Of a stretch of DNA of 64,000 nucleotides, positions 13,268-27,134 are shown in pieces (within the stretch, counting starts at the first letter, position 1; each line of letters begins with the position of its first letter). Made by a program: the position numbers and the translations under genes. The DNA lies in assembly GCA_964016885.1 (NCBI GenBank), contig OZ024741.1, forward strand, positions 199,764,001 to 199,828,000, given 5' to 3'. The notes beneath the pieces are model-generated. The model searched no databases. It was given only the letters and a program-made list of their open reading frames with translations, and was not told where the DNA came from. Source of the stretch: Eledone cirrhosa. Lineage: Eukaryota.

Positions 13268-14167
13268 CAACGGAATGTTAAACTTTTATAGAATTTGAAA
13301 GCATATTTTCAGTCATTGAGAACTATAAAAACGATAGGATCTAACACTTGAGGACCCAAAAACATCTAATGAAGCAAATGTTAAACATTTTATAGTCGAA
13401 AAACAATAATTTTGTCCATAATAAGACTACAACTTTTAAATTTGTGCATTATCAAGATAAAATGGAAGTGGGGTGCTCCAATAATTGTTTTAAATAACGT
13501 TAGAATTTTTCTGAACTTCGGAGGATGAATGGTAATTCCAGTTCTGTTTGCAAATTAGACAAATATAGTTAGGACGCAAATTTATTTCAGGTGTTTTCCC
13601 CATATAAATATTTCTGACGTCATGTAAAGTAAAATTACTTTATCCAGAGATACAAATGCCATCACGGAATTTGAATTATCGAGTCTTCGAATCCCAATAT
13701 CACTTTGATTCGGTCATAAAACGTTGGAGTCAAAAAATGAATATATCGAAAGGGCTTAATAATACTGCTATTGGGTCAAAGTGGAAGATTTTACTTTAAA
13801 ATTCAAATCAAAATAATTAAAATGGTTAAAGAATACGTGACTAAAATTCCTGTTCCTTTAGTGTTTATATCTGAAACAGTTTGCATGGTCTCAAGTGTCA
13901 TTTATGCGAGGATTACATCAGTTAACTTATACTTAATGCAAAATGCTTTAAAATAAATAACTGGTAAAATGAACAAAAGAATGTCTGTACGTAGTCACTA
14001 ATATCTGAACTATACTGAGATTCTCATGAATGGATGCTTTTATGAGTACGCTAAGAAAATAGTATAAGGAACTTGAAAAATAACAAATAATAAGCATTAA
14101 AAACGACAATATTTAGCATTAAAATACGTATTTAAAGTAAAATGAGAGTTTGTAAATAAAAGGATAC

Positions 14168-14242
14168 AACATACACAGTTAGCGCCAGTAAAAGAGCGTT
14201 GACCATCAGAGCAAATATAAAAACAAGAGAGTCTAACACCAT
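14168..14242 (-). CDS. CNIH4: Cornichon homolog 4-like, coding exon 1 (75 bp)
   Basis: ATG MVLDSLVFIFALMVNALLLALTVYV (TM1) followed by gtatcctt donor, phase 0. Confidence 0.9.
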
Positions 14243-14352
14243 TTTGGAAATTTCTTGCCAAATCACGCAGACGAGCGAGACTTAAACGTTAGCTAGAATT
14301 AGGGTTTATTTCCTTTCAGTTGCTGTCAAACTAAAACTAATTTCTCCTAACT

Positions 14353-14680
14353 TACTCTCGATTCACAAATAATGGGGATGCGAAAAATAAGTGGAGTTGG
14401 GGATTGGAATAAGTGGGGTGTGGAATCGGTAATTTTTCTGTTGATTTTTTAAAAACAGAATTAGTCATATACTGTATCCCAACCATATAACGTATGGGAT
14501 TTCTAGTAATGTACTTTTTTTTGTCATGTATAAGGTTTTTTTTAATGTCTAAAGATAATTAATTGTCGTAGGAATACTGCCACTTAAAATAGATTAGCAA
14601 AATTTAGTAAGCGGTGGTTGTAGAAAAAAAAAATGAAAAATTAATAAGCGATGTGGGACGATTTTCCAGACTGGAGAGTA
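14353..14680. mobile_element. Putative MITE upstream of CNIH4
   Basis: Terminal inverted TACTCTC...GAGAGTA with degenerate subterminal ataag repeats. Confidence 0.5.
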
Positions 14681-14749
14681 AGCATTTTGATATACGAAGG
14701 TCAGCAGTTCATATCCTATGACTGAATAAATTGTGTGTCTAGTAGCCTT

Positions 14750-15050
14750 TGTGAAGGGTTAGTGGTTAGAGAGGTGGATTCACAATCGTAAGGTTATGAG
14801 TTCGATTCCTGGATGATGTGTTGTGTCTTTATTTTATGTTGCTCCAATGCAGGCAGCTGGAAAAAATGAATTGCAACGTCCCTCGTACCAAGTTATATCG
14901 GCCTTTTCCCAACATTGGTGGTGTGGAAAGGGGAGAGTGGTGTGCATGGGTGACTGCTGGTCTTCCACAAAAACGCCGTGCTTGGGCTTCTAGGGGAACT
15001 TTCTAGGTGCAAAATCCATGGTTATTCGTGACCGAAGGGGGGGGGGGGGG
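14750..15050 (+). mobile_element. tRNA-derived SINE
   Basis: A box agtggttaga, B box gagttcgattcc, CORE-like ttttatgttgctcca. Confidence 0.6.
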
Positions 15051-15399
15051 GGTAGTGGTCAACATTAACAGCACAAACCAGTCGATGAAAGGCTGTCACG
15101 CCCCTCGCCCTTGTTTGTTTCTTCTACCTCTCCAATGCACAGAACCATAAGCGCATAGTCCAAACGGACAGAAAGTTTTACCCTTGCGGATAGCCATTCC
15201 ATTTCGTTGATATAAAAACTAACTTTTTACTGTAAGTTTCTTTATATAGAAATCCAGTTTGTGTAGAGTAGGATGCAGTCAATTGCAGTTATTGAATTTT
15301 ACTGTTTTATATATTTAAACACACTCAACATTCAGACTTAAATTTACATCTAAATTATTTTATGGTCATGTGTCGAGTGACCAGGAGACCCACATCCTA

Positions 15400-17850
15400 T
15401 CAGCCTTCTTTCTACCATTCTCCAACACCACTGCCACAGGAGCTGCATTGGAATTACTAAGGTTCAAGCTGGACGTTTCTCAAACTTGACATGTAACCAA
15501 TGCCACTTTAGCTCTAATTCCCTTTGCAAGTCTGAACCTAACTCTGACACTAAGATTTTTGTTGAGGACTTTGCCACTGCCCTCCAGGACTTGTTTAAGT
15601 TGAAACTCATCAACAAAATCCCAAAGGAAGCTCGGGACAGTTTCACCTATGCTCTCCAAGCTGCCAAAGAATGTCTGCTTATCCAACGATGTATTGGATT
15701 GACAGAAACTATTCTTGTTCCCTTTAGTCTCTCTCCAAGTGTCCAACATGAAATCCAGATCCCTCACATCTTCCCTAAAATGGCGGTTCGAATTGTTCAA
15801 TTCACCCCCAATTACTGCTCATCTCAGGTCGGCAATTAACTCAGTTCCAATCAATGGCCGATCGCCAGACTTAAAGAAGGCCGTCAATGATAAATTTAAT
15901 AAATTTTACATTAAAGGGGCTGTTCGCCTCCTCTCTGTCATCCTTCACCCCGTGAACTATAGGGTCACTCAACCAACTGAGAGCAAAACATCCTCTGGCT
16001 TCTCCGGATGACCACTTATACTGGCCCAATCCACCAGGTCATTTTCAACCTGGCTTCACCCCAGATATAACGTCAGGAAAGCAATAATATCCTTTCCAGT
16101 GGGTTCTGGTGCAGGGATTGATGGTCTTCGACCTCAGCACCTCAAGGATGGTGTCTCCTTGTCGGCCAAAGATGCCGGCCTTGAGTTCTTAGAGAACCTC
16201 AGCCATTTCATCAACCTGTTCTCATCTGAGAATGTCTTCCCTTATATCCGCCCCTTGTTCTTTGGGATAAACTGTTTGGTCTCACAAAGCCCAATGGGGA
16301 CCTCCGCCCCATAGCAGTTGAGTGAACTCTGCGAAGGTATGTCTGTCTTCAATTTCAGGCAGCCTGCCTGCTGAATTTTCCCCTATTCAGCTAGGGGTGG
16401 GTACCAAGCTGGGTTGTGGAGCTGCCGCTCATGCCACCAGAGCATTTACCAACTCACCTTCCAAAACCCTCAAGGTCATTCTCAAGCTGGATCTTAAGAA
16501 TGCTTTTAATTCCATCAGTCAGAATGTATCCTCTGTTCAATAAAAGAGGGGTCCCCGCAGCTTTACCACTTTGCTTGTCAAGCCTACTGGGAGCCCTCCT
16601 ACCTCTCTTTTGGTGACCATCTCCTTCTATCTTCCACAGGAGTCAACAGGGTGACCCGCTCGGACATTCACTTTTCGCTCTGGTCATTGATGACGTCACC
16701 AAGTTGGGAGTTGACCTGGATCTGAATGTCTGGCATCTAGATGGTCCTCCAGACAAGGTCCTTGCCACTGTGAAGATGATGATTGAGGAGCTGGGCCATA
16801 AGGGCCTTCATGTCAACAGTTCCAAATGCAAGCTCTGGCTCCTCAACCACCCAACTTCACATCAAGAGACTTGACCTGTTCACAGAGTCTTTCTCCTCCA
16901 TCACAGTTCCTCCTCCATCAGTGTTGTGTTCCCTTGGGGCCCCAGTTACTGACCAAGCCTTCAAGTCCATCTTTCAATCTACATTGGCTAACCTCAAGCA
17001 ACTTTTAAAAAAATATCGAAGTCATTAAGCTTCACCAAGGTGTTTTCATTCTCCAGAATTATCTGTCAATCCCTAAGTTGTTGTATCTCCTTAGAGTTAG
17101 TCCATCATACAAATTCTCATTGTCTTTTAGAGGAGATGGTCACGACTTTAGAAGATGCGTTGTTCAACAATTTAGAGGGGTAGTTCATTTACCTAGCTTG
17201 GTTGAATGAACATCTCTTCTATAGGTTGTTGTAGGTGTATATGTAACAAACGATTAAAAAAGGGACATACCTCAATGATTATATATACATAAGCATTTTT
17301 AATCAGTGAAATAAACAAGACAGGTTACTATATCTGTTGCTCCTTGATTTTGTTTCAGATATTATCATGAAGTGGATGTGTTTAAATGTCTCGTTGACCG
17401 CATGGTGCAATATAGATGTTACGTGCCAGTAAATACGTTTGGTCGTGTCAAGGGCCAAAGTCGAAGAGAGAAAGTCTTTAACTAATGACGTCAGAACTAA
17501 GGGCAGTTAATAGACTGTTTCTAAAGTCAAAAACCAGGTGGCGTCATCTTGCTACAGTCTCTTCAAAACTTCGACAATCTAATATTCAGTGAGTTCGAGG
17601 GTTTGGTCAATGTCCGACTCTCTCCAGAGTCCTGCAACCAAGCTGCCTTACCCAAACGGTTTGGAGATCTCGGTTTGTGTAAGTGTACTTCTTTGTTCCT
17701 ATCTTGCTTTCTTTCTTCCATCCACACCTACTCCCCTTTGGTAGGTGACATCCTCTCCTTTCTAACATGGACTAGCTCCATCAGGGAGTTGGATGAAGCT
17801 TTATTACAGTGGAGAAAGCTTGGTTTTTTCAGTCCCACTTACAAAACATA
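15400..17850 (+). mobile_element. Degraded CRE-like non-LTR retrotransposon
   Basis: GIDGLRPQHLKD, RPIAV, QLGVGTKLGCGAAAHATR, LDLKNAFNSI, G(Q)QGDPLG, LP.RFGDLGL motifs; many frameshifts. Confidence 0.8.
17121..17556 (-). mobile_element. Probable solo LTR inserted in the CRE-like ORF
   Basis: Minus strand reads TGTAGCAAG...AAGACA; interrupts otherwise continuous coding (SPSYKFS / SLQNFDNLI); no clear TSD. Confidence 0.55.
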
Positions 17851-17989
17851 GAACATGCGTACTTATGATTATTTTTCTCCAACTAGTTAGAAGAGAGGTA
17901 GTAATGCCCGTGGACTTTGCAGGCTCTCTTAGACTGGTGAGATCGATGTGGTTTGATGTTCACATTGAACACCTGTAGATAAATGTCTG

Positions 17990-20900
17990 CAGGAGAGAAA
18001 CATAAATGGGGATAAAAAGTGTTGCTGTTCTTGGTGGTGAGGGGACAAAGATAAGGATATGCAGAATTTAGCAGGAGATGGACACAACAGAGCTGGGGAA
18101 GAAATCTGGATGGTAAGAGTTTACATTAGTCTTGTTCAAAAGAACAGGGGCTGTTGTAGCGAAATAAATATTCCCAAGGTTCCTCTCACTGACATGGCCA
18201 ATAAAAATTGACCTTCGACCCTACTGAGAAGACAGCACATAAATAATCAGGATGCTAGGTTTAACAGCACCAAGGAAGGAGAAGATAGCGGGAGGCCATA
18301 GGTCAATATAAATAATCTGTCCTGAAATCTTGAGACAGAGAGAATTTTCTATCACCAAAATAAGACGTCACCTTCCCTTGTCACTGGGCTTTTGACTACT
18401 ACCTTGCTGATACTACTAACGAATGATAACTTGCCACTCTCTATTTCAGCATAACGAAAAAAGAACAAAACATCTTCAACCTTTGTAGTAATCATATTCT
18501 TTGTTCCTTTATTCATTGAAGTGAAGTAAATTTTATATTTAAACAAAACCACTTATTTTGTTGTTTTATTTCATCGTTAACAACACTTACTAACTTTGCA
18601 TCACTTCAATTGGTGACATCCCGACGTTATTCGAACAAGCAGCTTTCTGATTAATCGATATTTACCCAGCTTCACTTCAATATGGAACAATCACCAGCAT
18701 CATTGTCCTTACAAGCAGCAATATCCCTGTGGATACCGACATTCTGGCCTCATGATCCTACCATTTGGTTCAGATACATTGAGGCCCAATTTGAAACACA
18801 CCATATTTTAGCAGACAGGACCAAAATTCCCCATGTTGCTGAGGCGTTTCCTCCTGAGAACCTGCAGGAGATCCGTGATTTGCTTACAGCACCACTAGGC
18901 ACATATTCATATGCCACATTTAGGTCCGAACTTGTAAAGCGGACATCTGTCTCTCAGCAGCAATGGATTAACCAGCTGCTTCAGAGGAATTAGGCGATAG
19001 GAGACTGTCACAGTTCCTAAGACAGTTAACGCAACTGTTGGGAGAGAACACCATGCAGCCGGTCATCTTAACACAACTTTTCTCTCAAAGGCTTCCACCA
19101 GCCACTTGCAGTATTTTGGTGGCTAGCGAAGTAGCCACCTCAATCAAGGAACTGGCGGATTCAACCGATAGAATCATGGAGGACACACACACATCCACTA
19201 GTAAGTTCTTTTTCTTCCTCATTTTTTCCTTCCTCTCTTTCCTTGTCTTCTGTTTCGGAGGTGGCGGTTCTCAAGGCTTGGGTGGAAAAATAGGATGTGC
19301 AACTAAACACACTTATGGCTAAACTGCAACTACAGCAATGCCAGCTCATCTTGGTGTACTTTCCATTAGCATTAGCACCTGCGAGAAATGAGTCGTACCA
19401 GGGCGACTGATCCCATATGCTATTACCGCCGTAAATTCAGCAAAAAGGCCCGTAAATGCCTATCGCCCTGTTCTTTTAGGAGGGACTCCCGTTATGTTCC
19501 AGGAAACGACGTGACCAGGCAGTAATGGCAGCCACTACACCTGGCTCTTCTAAACCTAACCACTTGTTCCACATCAGCGACCGATCAACCAGTGTTCATT
19601 TTCTGGTGGACATCTTGGCATCATACCGTCATCGCTGGTGCTAGGCAGTAGGAAACCCACAGCAGTCTTTCTCAAGGCAGTGAACTACTCTGTTATACCC
19701 ACATGTGGAGAAAAGTCCTTAACCCTTGATCTTGGGCTCCACTGAGTTTTCCAGTGGGTTTTTGTTATCGCCAAGTTGCCAACTCCGATCCTAGGAGAAG
19801 AATTCTTACACCATTTCAGTCTCCTGGTGGACGTTAAACACAACAGACTGATTGATTCCACCACAGGCGTCAATGTCTGCAGTATCAGCACTAAGGCACC
19901 CTCCTCAGCCCTGTTTTTTTTAACCCAGTGCAGTCCGGCAGATACGACGCCATACTACGCAGGCACCCTCACATCTCACGCCCGATTTTTAGCAGTCAGC
20001 TTGTAACCCACAGTGTTATGCATCATATTGTGACTGAGGGCCCTCCGGTTTCTTTTAAACCATGGTGACTCACTCCTGACCGTGCTAAGATCACTAAAGC
20101 AGAATTTGATCATATGCTAGAACTGGGCATTGTTCATCCATCCAGTAACAGTTGGTCTTCACCCCTTCACATGGTTCCCAAGAAGTCTATGGATGACTGG
20201 CAACTGTGTGGGGACTATCAATTTCTTAACATACACACACACAACCTCATAATTACCCGGTGCCTCACATACAGGATTTCTTTGCTACCCTACGTAGAGC
20301 TAGGGTCTTTTCGAAAATTGATCTCATGCAGGCATACAACTAGATCCCTATTGAACCTGATGACATTCCGAAAACGGCCATTACAACTCCTTTCGGCTTC
20401 TTTGAGATTTTTAAAATGCCATTCGGTTTACGCAGTGCTGCATCAACCTTCCAGCATTTCATCAGCACAGTAGTACGTGGTTTACCCTTCATCTACGCAT
20501 ATATTGATGATATTCTGGTAGCCAGCACATCCCATGAGGAACATGAAAGGCATCTACAACAGCTCTTCGAGCGTTTTTCTCAGCTTCATGTCATCATCAA
20601 CCCAGGCAAATGCCTTTTCAGTGTTTTTTCCCTTGATTTTCTGGGACACCACATTGATGAACAAGAAATCCGTTCCCTCCACGACAAAGTTAAGTCCATT
20701 TTAGATTTCCCCACTCTATTTAATCATAACAAAAAGACAAAAGATCTTCAACTTTTATGATTTGTAGTAATATTATTCTTTTTTCCTTTATTCACTGAAT
20801 TGAAGTAAATTTTATATTTAAACGAAACCACTTATTTTGTTGTGTTATTTCATCTCTAACAACACTCACTATCTTCACTTCACTTCACTGGTGTAGCAGT

Positions 20901-21110
20901 GATATAAAAAGCAAAGAGAGGAGAAAGATCTTTGCCATTCAGTTGAATGGTTTGCTTTTAATTCGATTTAAGAGATCTGATTTTACAGCACCTGCACCAT
21001 CCAGTAATGTGAACTGTACTCCAATGTCAGTCTTGTTTGAGCTTTGAATAAGATTATCGATTGGTTTAAGGTTGTGTTGAAACCAATGAATGTGTACAAA
21101 ATAAAAAAAG
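17990..21110 (-). mobile_element. Old CR1/Jockey-like 3' fragment split by the Gypsy insertion
   Basis: KAQTRLTLEYSSHYW near 21020-21050 and a degenerate FFP motif near 18100. Confidence 0.5.
18155..20887 (+). mobile_element. Degraded Gypsy LTR retrotransposon with internal deletion
   Basis: 5' LTR 18155-18608 (TG..CA), tRNA-Trp-like PBS at 18611, gag FWPHDPTIWF, RT MPFGL/YIDD; RT fused to the distal half of the 3' LTR at ccactct (~20711); ctgt/ctgg TSD. Confidence 0.9.
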
Positions 21111-22419
21111 GGAGAATTGCTTAGCAGTGTAAAAGAGCAGAGGAGTCATGACACAAGACTTGCCATTAACTGTTTCGTAACCATATTTCTAACAAGAATA
21201 CATTGCTTTTGTGTTTTAATTATCAAAATAATCAACAATTATGAGATATTTAGTGAAACAACTAACTTTCAACATTACAAAAGACAAGTATTAAATTACT
21301 GAAACCTAATTTCATCTAGTGGGTAATAATGAAATTTCACTCCAAGGTTTAAATTTAAATTTAAACTCTTTAATAGGGGCAGTTTTGGACAGATTGGTGA
21401 TTAAAGGGTTAACCACTTCTTTGATCCCTTAAGTAATTCAGCAAGAAGGCAGAGGACTTGAATGAGCAACCCTCATCCAATCAGATGAAGCTTTGATCAT
21501 TCACTGTTTTTCTCAGTTTATTGGACCACAGTACTTCTCAGCCATGCACTTGCTAATATAAGAACAACAGAAATCTCTGTCCATCTCTTCCACAGAATAA
21601 GCTATCCTGTCTGTCTTTTTGACAGCTCACAGTCAGAACAACAAACCAGCCAAATCAGTTGTTGTCTATTCTTGTATCACCTGGTTTTAACAAGTGAAAT
21701 TTATGTTGAACTAGATATCAATTCAACATATGTTGATTTCCATTATTTTATCCCTAAAACATTTTCCATTCACTCTACAACTGTGGCAAAATAAAACTAT
21801 ATTTTAAGAACATATGCATAATGTTACTCAGTAGCTCACTGAGACAGATGTAAGGGGTAGTCATCCAACCAAAGAGACATGTAGGGTTCTCTATTTAATA
21901 CGCCTACTGAATGCTGCTCCCATTTAAATTTTTCAAGTGCTCATCCAAAATCTGTGCCCAGTTTTCTACTTAGATCGGAATTCTGAGAAATTTATTAACT
22001 TAAAATACAATGAATTTGTTTAGATAAACTTAGGCAATGACATATATGCGTGTTCATTTGTCATGTAGATTAGCACATCATTTGAGGTAATGAACATGCA
22101 GCATGAAATGTCGCTTTTTATGGTAATGTAAAAACCTATAGTGGTTGGTGTTAGGAGAGATATCCTGCAAAAGAAAGCAAGCCAAAATACAGATCAGTAT
22201 GAGCATGTTGGTTTTGGGACCTGACTTCTCTCGTTACATGACAACCCATCTAACCCATGCAAGCACGAAAAATGAACATTAAGTGATGATGATGATGTCA
22301 TCAAAGATCTTCCATCTCACAAATGTAACTGACCAACCTGGCTTTAATCAATATGGAAAAAAAGAGTTCCTCACATCTGATGTAAAAAAAAAAAATGAAG
22401 TAGTTGAAGTGTATTCTAA

Positions 22420-22795
22420 TAGGAGGTCTCATTTTTTAGAACTGGACTTAATCAATAAAGTAAATAGCTCACAGATCAGAGAGTCACTCCAGGTCTAGCT
22501 ACTATTTCTCCAAATTGAGAGATCACAGCTCTGGTACTATGGGCATGTCGTTAAAATGTCTTAGGAAAAAATTGCTGGACAGATTTTACAAGCAAAACCA
22601 ACTGGCAGGAGACCCAGTGGTAGAGCCTGAGCAAGATGGTTGGATAACATTCATGAATTCAGCTGGTCTCACTTGGGGATCCACCTGGCTCAGTTGGAAA
22701 CAGTTGTTACTAACGGAACCCGCTGGAAGGAGTGTTTGAAGATTTTTCCTCCATGACCCTCTCAAGGATATGTGGGGGAAGAAGAAGCAGAAGAC
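22420..22795 (+). mobile_element. RTE 3' fragment, same family as 10240-11320
   Basis: Aligns by eye to 10960-11320; gaagaagaag tail. Confidence 0.7.
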
Positions 22796-24149
22796 TTAAT
22801 AAATGTGACTGATTTAAAATAAATTTGAATGAAGCGTTTATTTCATGTTTCATCTATTTTTACATATTTAACATGCCTTCTTTGATCACATCTCTCAATA
22901 CTTGAATTTAGGGGCATATGATCAAGGAGTTGGCCCTTAGCATCACCAAATCCCTGCATGCTACTTCTACAATATGATTAACTCAAACCTTTTTTTTTAA
23001 TTAACTCTTAATGTCCTGTACCATATGTTAACTATTAACTGATTTTAAATATATATTTCAAAATCACCTGTAATGGAGCGCATAAGCAAGATGTGGTCTC
23101 CTGACCTGTCTTGCCTCAGTATGTGACAATCTATATAACCTATGTGACCATGTAAAATAGACATCATATGGTGATGATTATTTGATGACACATATATATG
23201 TGTATATATTTATATATATATCTATATATATTCATTTTGTATTGATTTTTATATTAAATAATAATTGTTTCTACTTTTGGCACAAGGCCATCAATTACCC
23301 TGTGCATTACTGGTACTTTATTTTATCGACCCCGTAAGGATGAAAGGCAAAGTTAACCTCGGTGGGATTTGAACTCAGATAATAATATTCGATTTGTTTG
23401 CATGCAAACAGCTTCATTACACTTTGTATTTTAGATGATCACCGCCATCCTTTTGTTCTAGCAGTGGCACAGAGAAACAATTGACAACCTTGTTTCTGAG
23501 TTATTTCCCTTTGTCAAGATTGTGTATCTCTCTTCTGTCACTCATTAGAACTCTTGAGAATATATAGTATTCTCATCAGCTAATTAGCCTAATTTGCATA
23601 CTGAGCAATTTTACAGCTGGCTTTGCCGAAAATTTAAAACAAAATTAGAATTTTGTTTTTTGCTCTAGCATAGTAGATATGTAAATGTATTTATGAGTTT
23701 TCTATTGAATAATAATAATAATAATAATAATATTCGATTTATTTGCAAGAAAACTGCCTCTTTATGCTATGCTTTTTAGATGACCATCACACCCTTTTGC
23801 TGAAGCTGGGTATGTGACCAACGCCACATACCCAGCTTCAGCAAAAACAGGAGGAAGTTAGCAACGATGCAATCATTTCTCACTTCTTAATGGTTATTGA
23901 GATTACATATCTCCCTGCCTTTGCTGAAGCTAAAGCAAACTAGATTCTTATAGAATTCTGCTTATGTTTATGAGCTGATGAAACTCATTTGCATATGGAG
24001 CAGTCTGGCATAAATGAAACATTTGTATTGGTGTTCATACATAGCGCAATCCTTCTGTCTTTGCCGAAGTTGGGTATATGGCATTGGTCCACAACCTTAA
24101 AATTCATAGCAAAAGGTCTTCAAATGTTTTTAATAAACATCCTGTGTAT

Positions 24150-24720
24150 TACCTATATATATAAAATACACTAAGTGTATGTCTGTTTCCGCATAACTTC
24201 TACAACTTGAAACCGATTTTCTTCAAATTTGGTACAAACAGGCGTTATGCTCCTCACCTTCGTACAAACGAATTACATTTTGAAATTTGTGTCTACTGTG
24301 TCCTCTATAAGAGAAAAACCGACTTAAAAAAATCATTTTTGTCAATAACTTTTACAGTTTGCATCCGATTTCCTTCAAATTTGGACCAAACATGCATTAT
24401 GTTCCCCACTTTATTTTGGACTAGAAAAAACGAATAAAAAAATCTGCATCGTTATAGCGCCTACAGTTTGCGTCCGATTTACTTCAAATTTGGAAGAACT
24501 ATGCCTCATGTACTAAACATTATTTAGGACTAACCGATTTTCGAGTTTTTATCTAATTCGGGCCCTGTGTGAGAAAAACTAAATAAAAAAAAGTATTGAC
24601 ATCAATAACTTCTACAGTTTGCGGCCGATTTTATTCAAATTTGCACCAATTATGCATTGTGTTCCGTTTAATATTTTTTACTCATAACATTTTAAGTGTT
24701 CTGCCTACTGTAGCCCCTAG
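24150..24720 (+). mobile_element. Non-autonomous Helitron/Helentron-like repeat with ~120-bp internal tandem units
   Basis: ctatatatataaaa start, tgtctgt, repeated ataactt..acagtttg..ccgattt..ttcaaattt. Confidence 0.5.
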
Positions 24721-24804
24721 CAGCAGAAAATCAACTCAGTTGCATGGTTTACTGCTTGGTTCATGCGGGTTTATCGATTTTTCCCCACTGAGAAACAGTA
24801 TATA

Positions 24805-24845
24805 GTACTGATGAAGGGTAATCACCCAGAAACATCAGTGTCTGC
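24805..24845 (+). ncRNA. Minimal type I hammerhead ribozyme in a PLE remnant
   Basis: gta-CTGATGA-a-gggt(aatc)accc-a-GAAA-ca(tcag)tg-TC-tgc; GUC cleavage triplet ending at 24842. Confidence 0.7.
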
Positions 24846-24975
24846 CGTTCTGTTTGTATGCTAACACAAGAACAAAAATGACGAGGTTGTTCTACTCACA
24901 TGGCTTAAGAGGCTGTTTGCATAATTGCAAACAAATCGAATATTATTATTAGTAATCGAAAAACTTTACATTTCT

Positions 24976-25405
<430 letters not shown>

Positions 25406-25978
25406 TAAAATTAGAGCGAGAAGACGTCCTTCATCAGTGATCTTCCAGCCGTCATTGGTATTTCTTCGCTTTAAAGATCATATACCTCTGGTTGGTGCGA
25501 GCAATAACTAAAGAAAGTTATTGGTACACGCAAAATACGGTGAAGCGAGTGAGACATGTAAACAAACAGAGATGGTAATGCAACGGAAAGAGAGGAAGAG
25601 GGGAAACAAGTCCGTGATATCTATGAACATAAGTTCGGCGAATCATGGGCGAGGAGAGACACAGACGCGTCCGAGCCATGGGATGTAAGCGAGAAAAGGA
25701 TTTCACACAGGTCTGACGGAAGAAGTGAGAGAGGGGGAGTAGCAGAGAGTGAGCGAGTGAAAGTGTGAGGAAGAGGCCAGCTGAGAGAGAGTGACTGGCA
25801 GAGGGCTTCATCATCATCATCGTTTAATGTCTATCATTGACGCTAGCATGGGTTAGATGGGTTTGTCTCATTTAGTTGCAAGTTGGGTCGGGTGCCTGTG
25901 TCTCGCTCATATAGGACTGTTTCTGGCTAGTTTTCTACGGCTGGAAGCCCTTCCAAATTCCAACCACCTTTACAGTGT

Positions 25979-26029
<51 letters not shown>

Positions 26030-26035
26030 ATTTAA

Positions 26036-26844
26036 AAGGTAAACAGAGATAACAACACAATCAGTACAGTATATGGAAGGAATATATTAGGTTAACACTT
26101 GAAATGGCAGGAAGAGGGTCTTACCATTTTGGATGCTAGTCCTTCAACAGAAGAAAGAATGAACAATTAGATAGATTGAAGGGACAGGTGGGGTGAAATT
26201 GGAAAAAATGTCTTTAGATAAAAATAACAGGTCCATTCATGTTGCTATCTCTTGGAAATTTGTGTATGATATATGTTTTTAGAAAAGTGAAATATGGACC
26301 ATATCTACCTGAAACGGAAAAAAAAAACGTTTTGTATAAAGAGCCACACTTGAGCATGTACGTATGCGTGTGTGTGTCATTATATGTCCTAAGCGGATAT
26401 GTGTGTGTATATGTAAGTAAAAGAGTGTGTGTGTGCTTGTAAGTACGAAGCTATGAACAAAAGTATGTTAATATATGGGTGTGTGTATATACAGAACTGT
26501 GAAGAGAAAAGTGGAGTGTGCATATTTTGTTGGTCTATATTAGTTGTAAGAGTATATGTTTCTGACCATAAGAGAGCTATAGGAATCTAGGGGTGAATGT
26601 ACAAGCGCATGTGTGATAACGGACGGGGTATTAAAGAAATTGGGGAGGGGAGTTGAGTCCATGAGGGAAACAGAACCCAAGATGGTAAATTAGACTCTGT
26701 TCAATCCTGGTGCACGAGGCCTGTGATCTGTGATGTAAAAGGACACTCATGACTGGGACATGTAGGGAGAAGTGACCTGGCGAACAGAAATGACAGACGA
26801 CAGGAGTGTCCAAACCAAGTCGTATATCCCTCAAATGCTCATTT

Positions 26845-26845
<1 letters not shown>
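26036..26845 (-). mobile_element. 5'-truncated PLE (GIY-YIG C-terminus + pLTR)
   Basis: RDIRLGLDTPVVCHF..GH...EQSLIYHLG..PHGLN; degenerate hammerhead at 26118-26153. Confidence 0.75.
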
Positions 26846-26900
<55 letters not shown>

Positions 26901-27059
26901 TCATCATCATCATCGTTTAACATCCATCTTCCACGCTAGTATGGGTTAGACGGTTTTGAATGGTTGGGAGACCATGTCTCGCTCGCACGGAAGCGTCTCT
27001 GGCAGGAATTTTTTACAGCTGGATGCCCTTCCTAACACCAACCATATTTACAGTGTGGA

Positions 27060-27127
<68 letters not shown>

Positions 27128-27134
27128 TTATTTA

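Larger units (their letters stand above)
11762..14167 (-). other. U12-type (minor spliceosome) GT-AG intron 1 of CNIH4
   Basis: Donor GTATCCTTTT; branch-like TCCTTTAC 6 nt before the end of the intron; no polypyrimidine tract after it. Confidence 0.85.

Noticed and set aside
23796-23846. Small perfect hairpin as a pre-miRNA or terminator
   Set aside because: Part of a degenerate ~340-bp repeat with recurring ctttgctgaagct motifs; no further support
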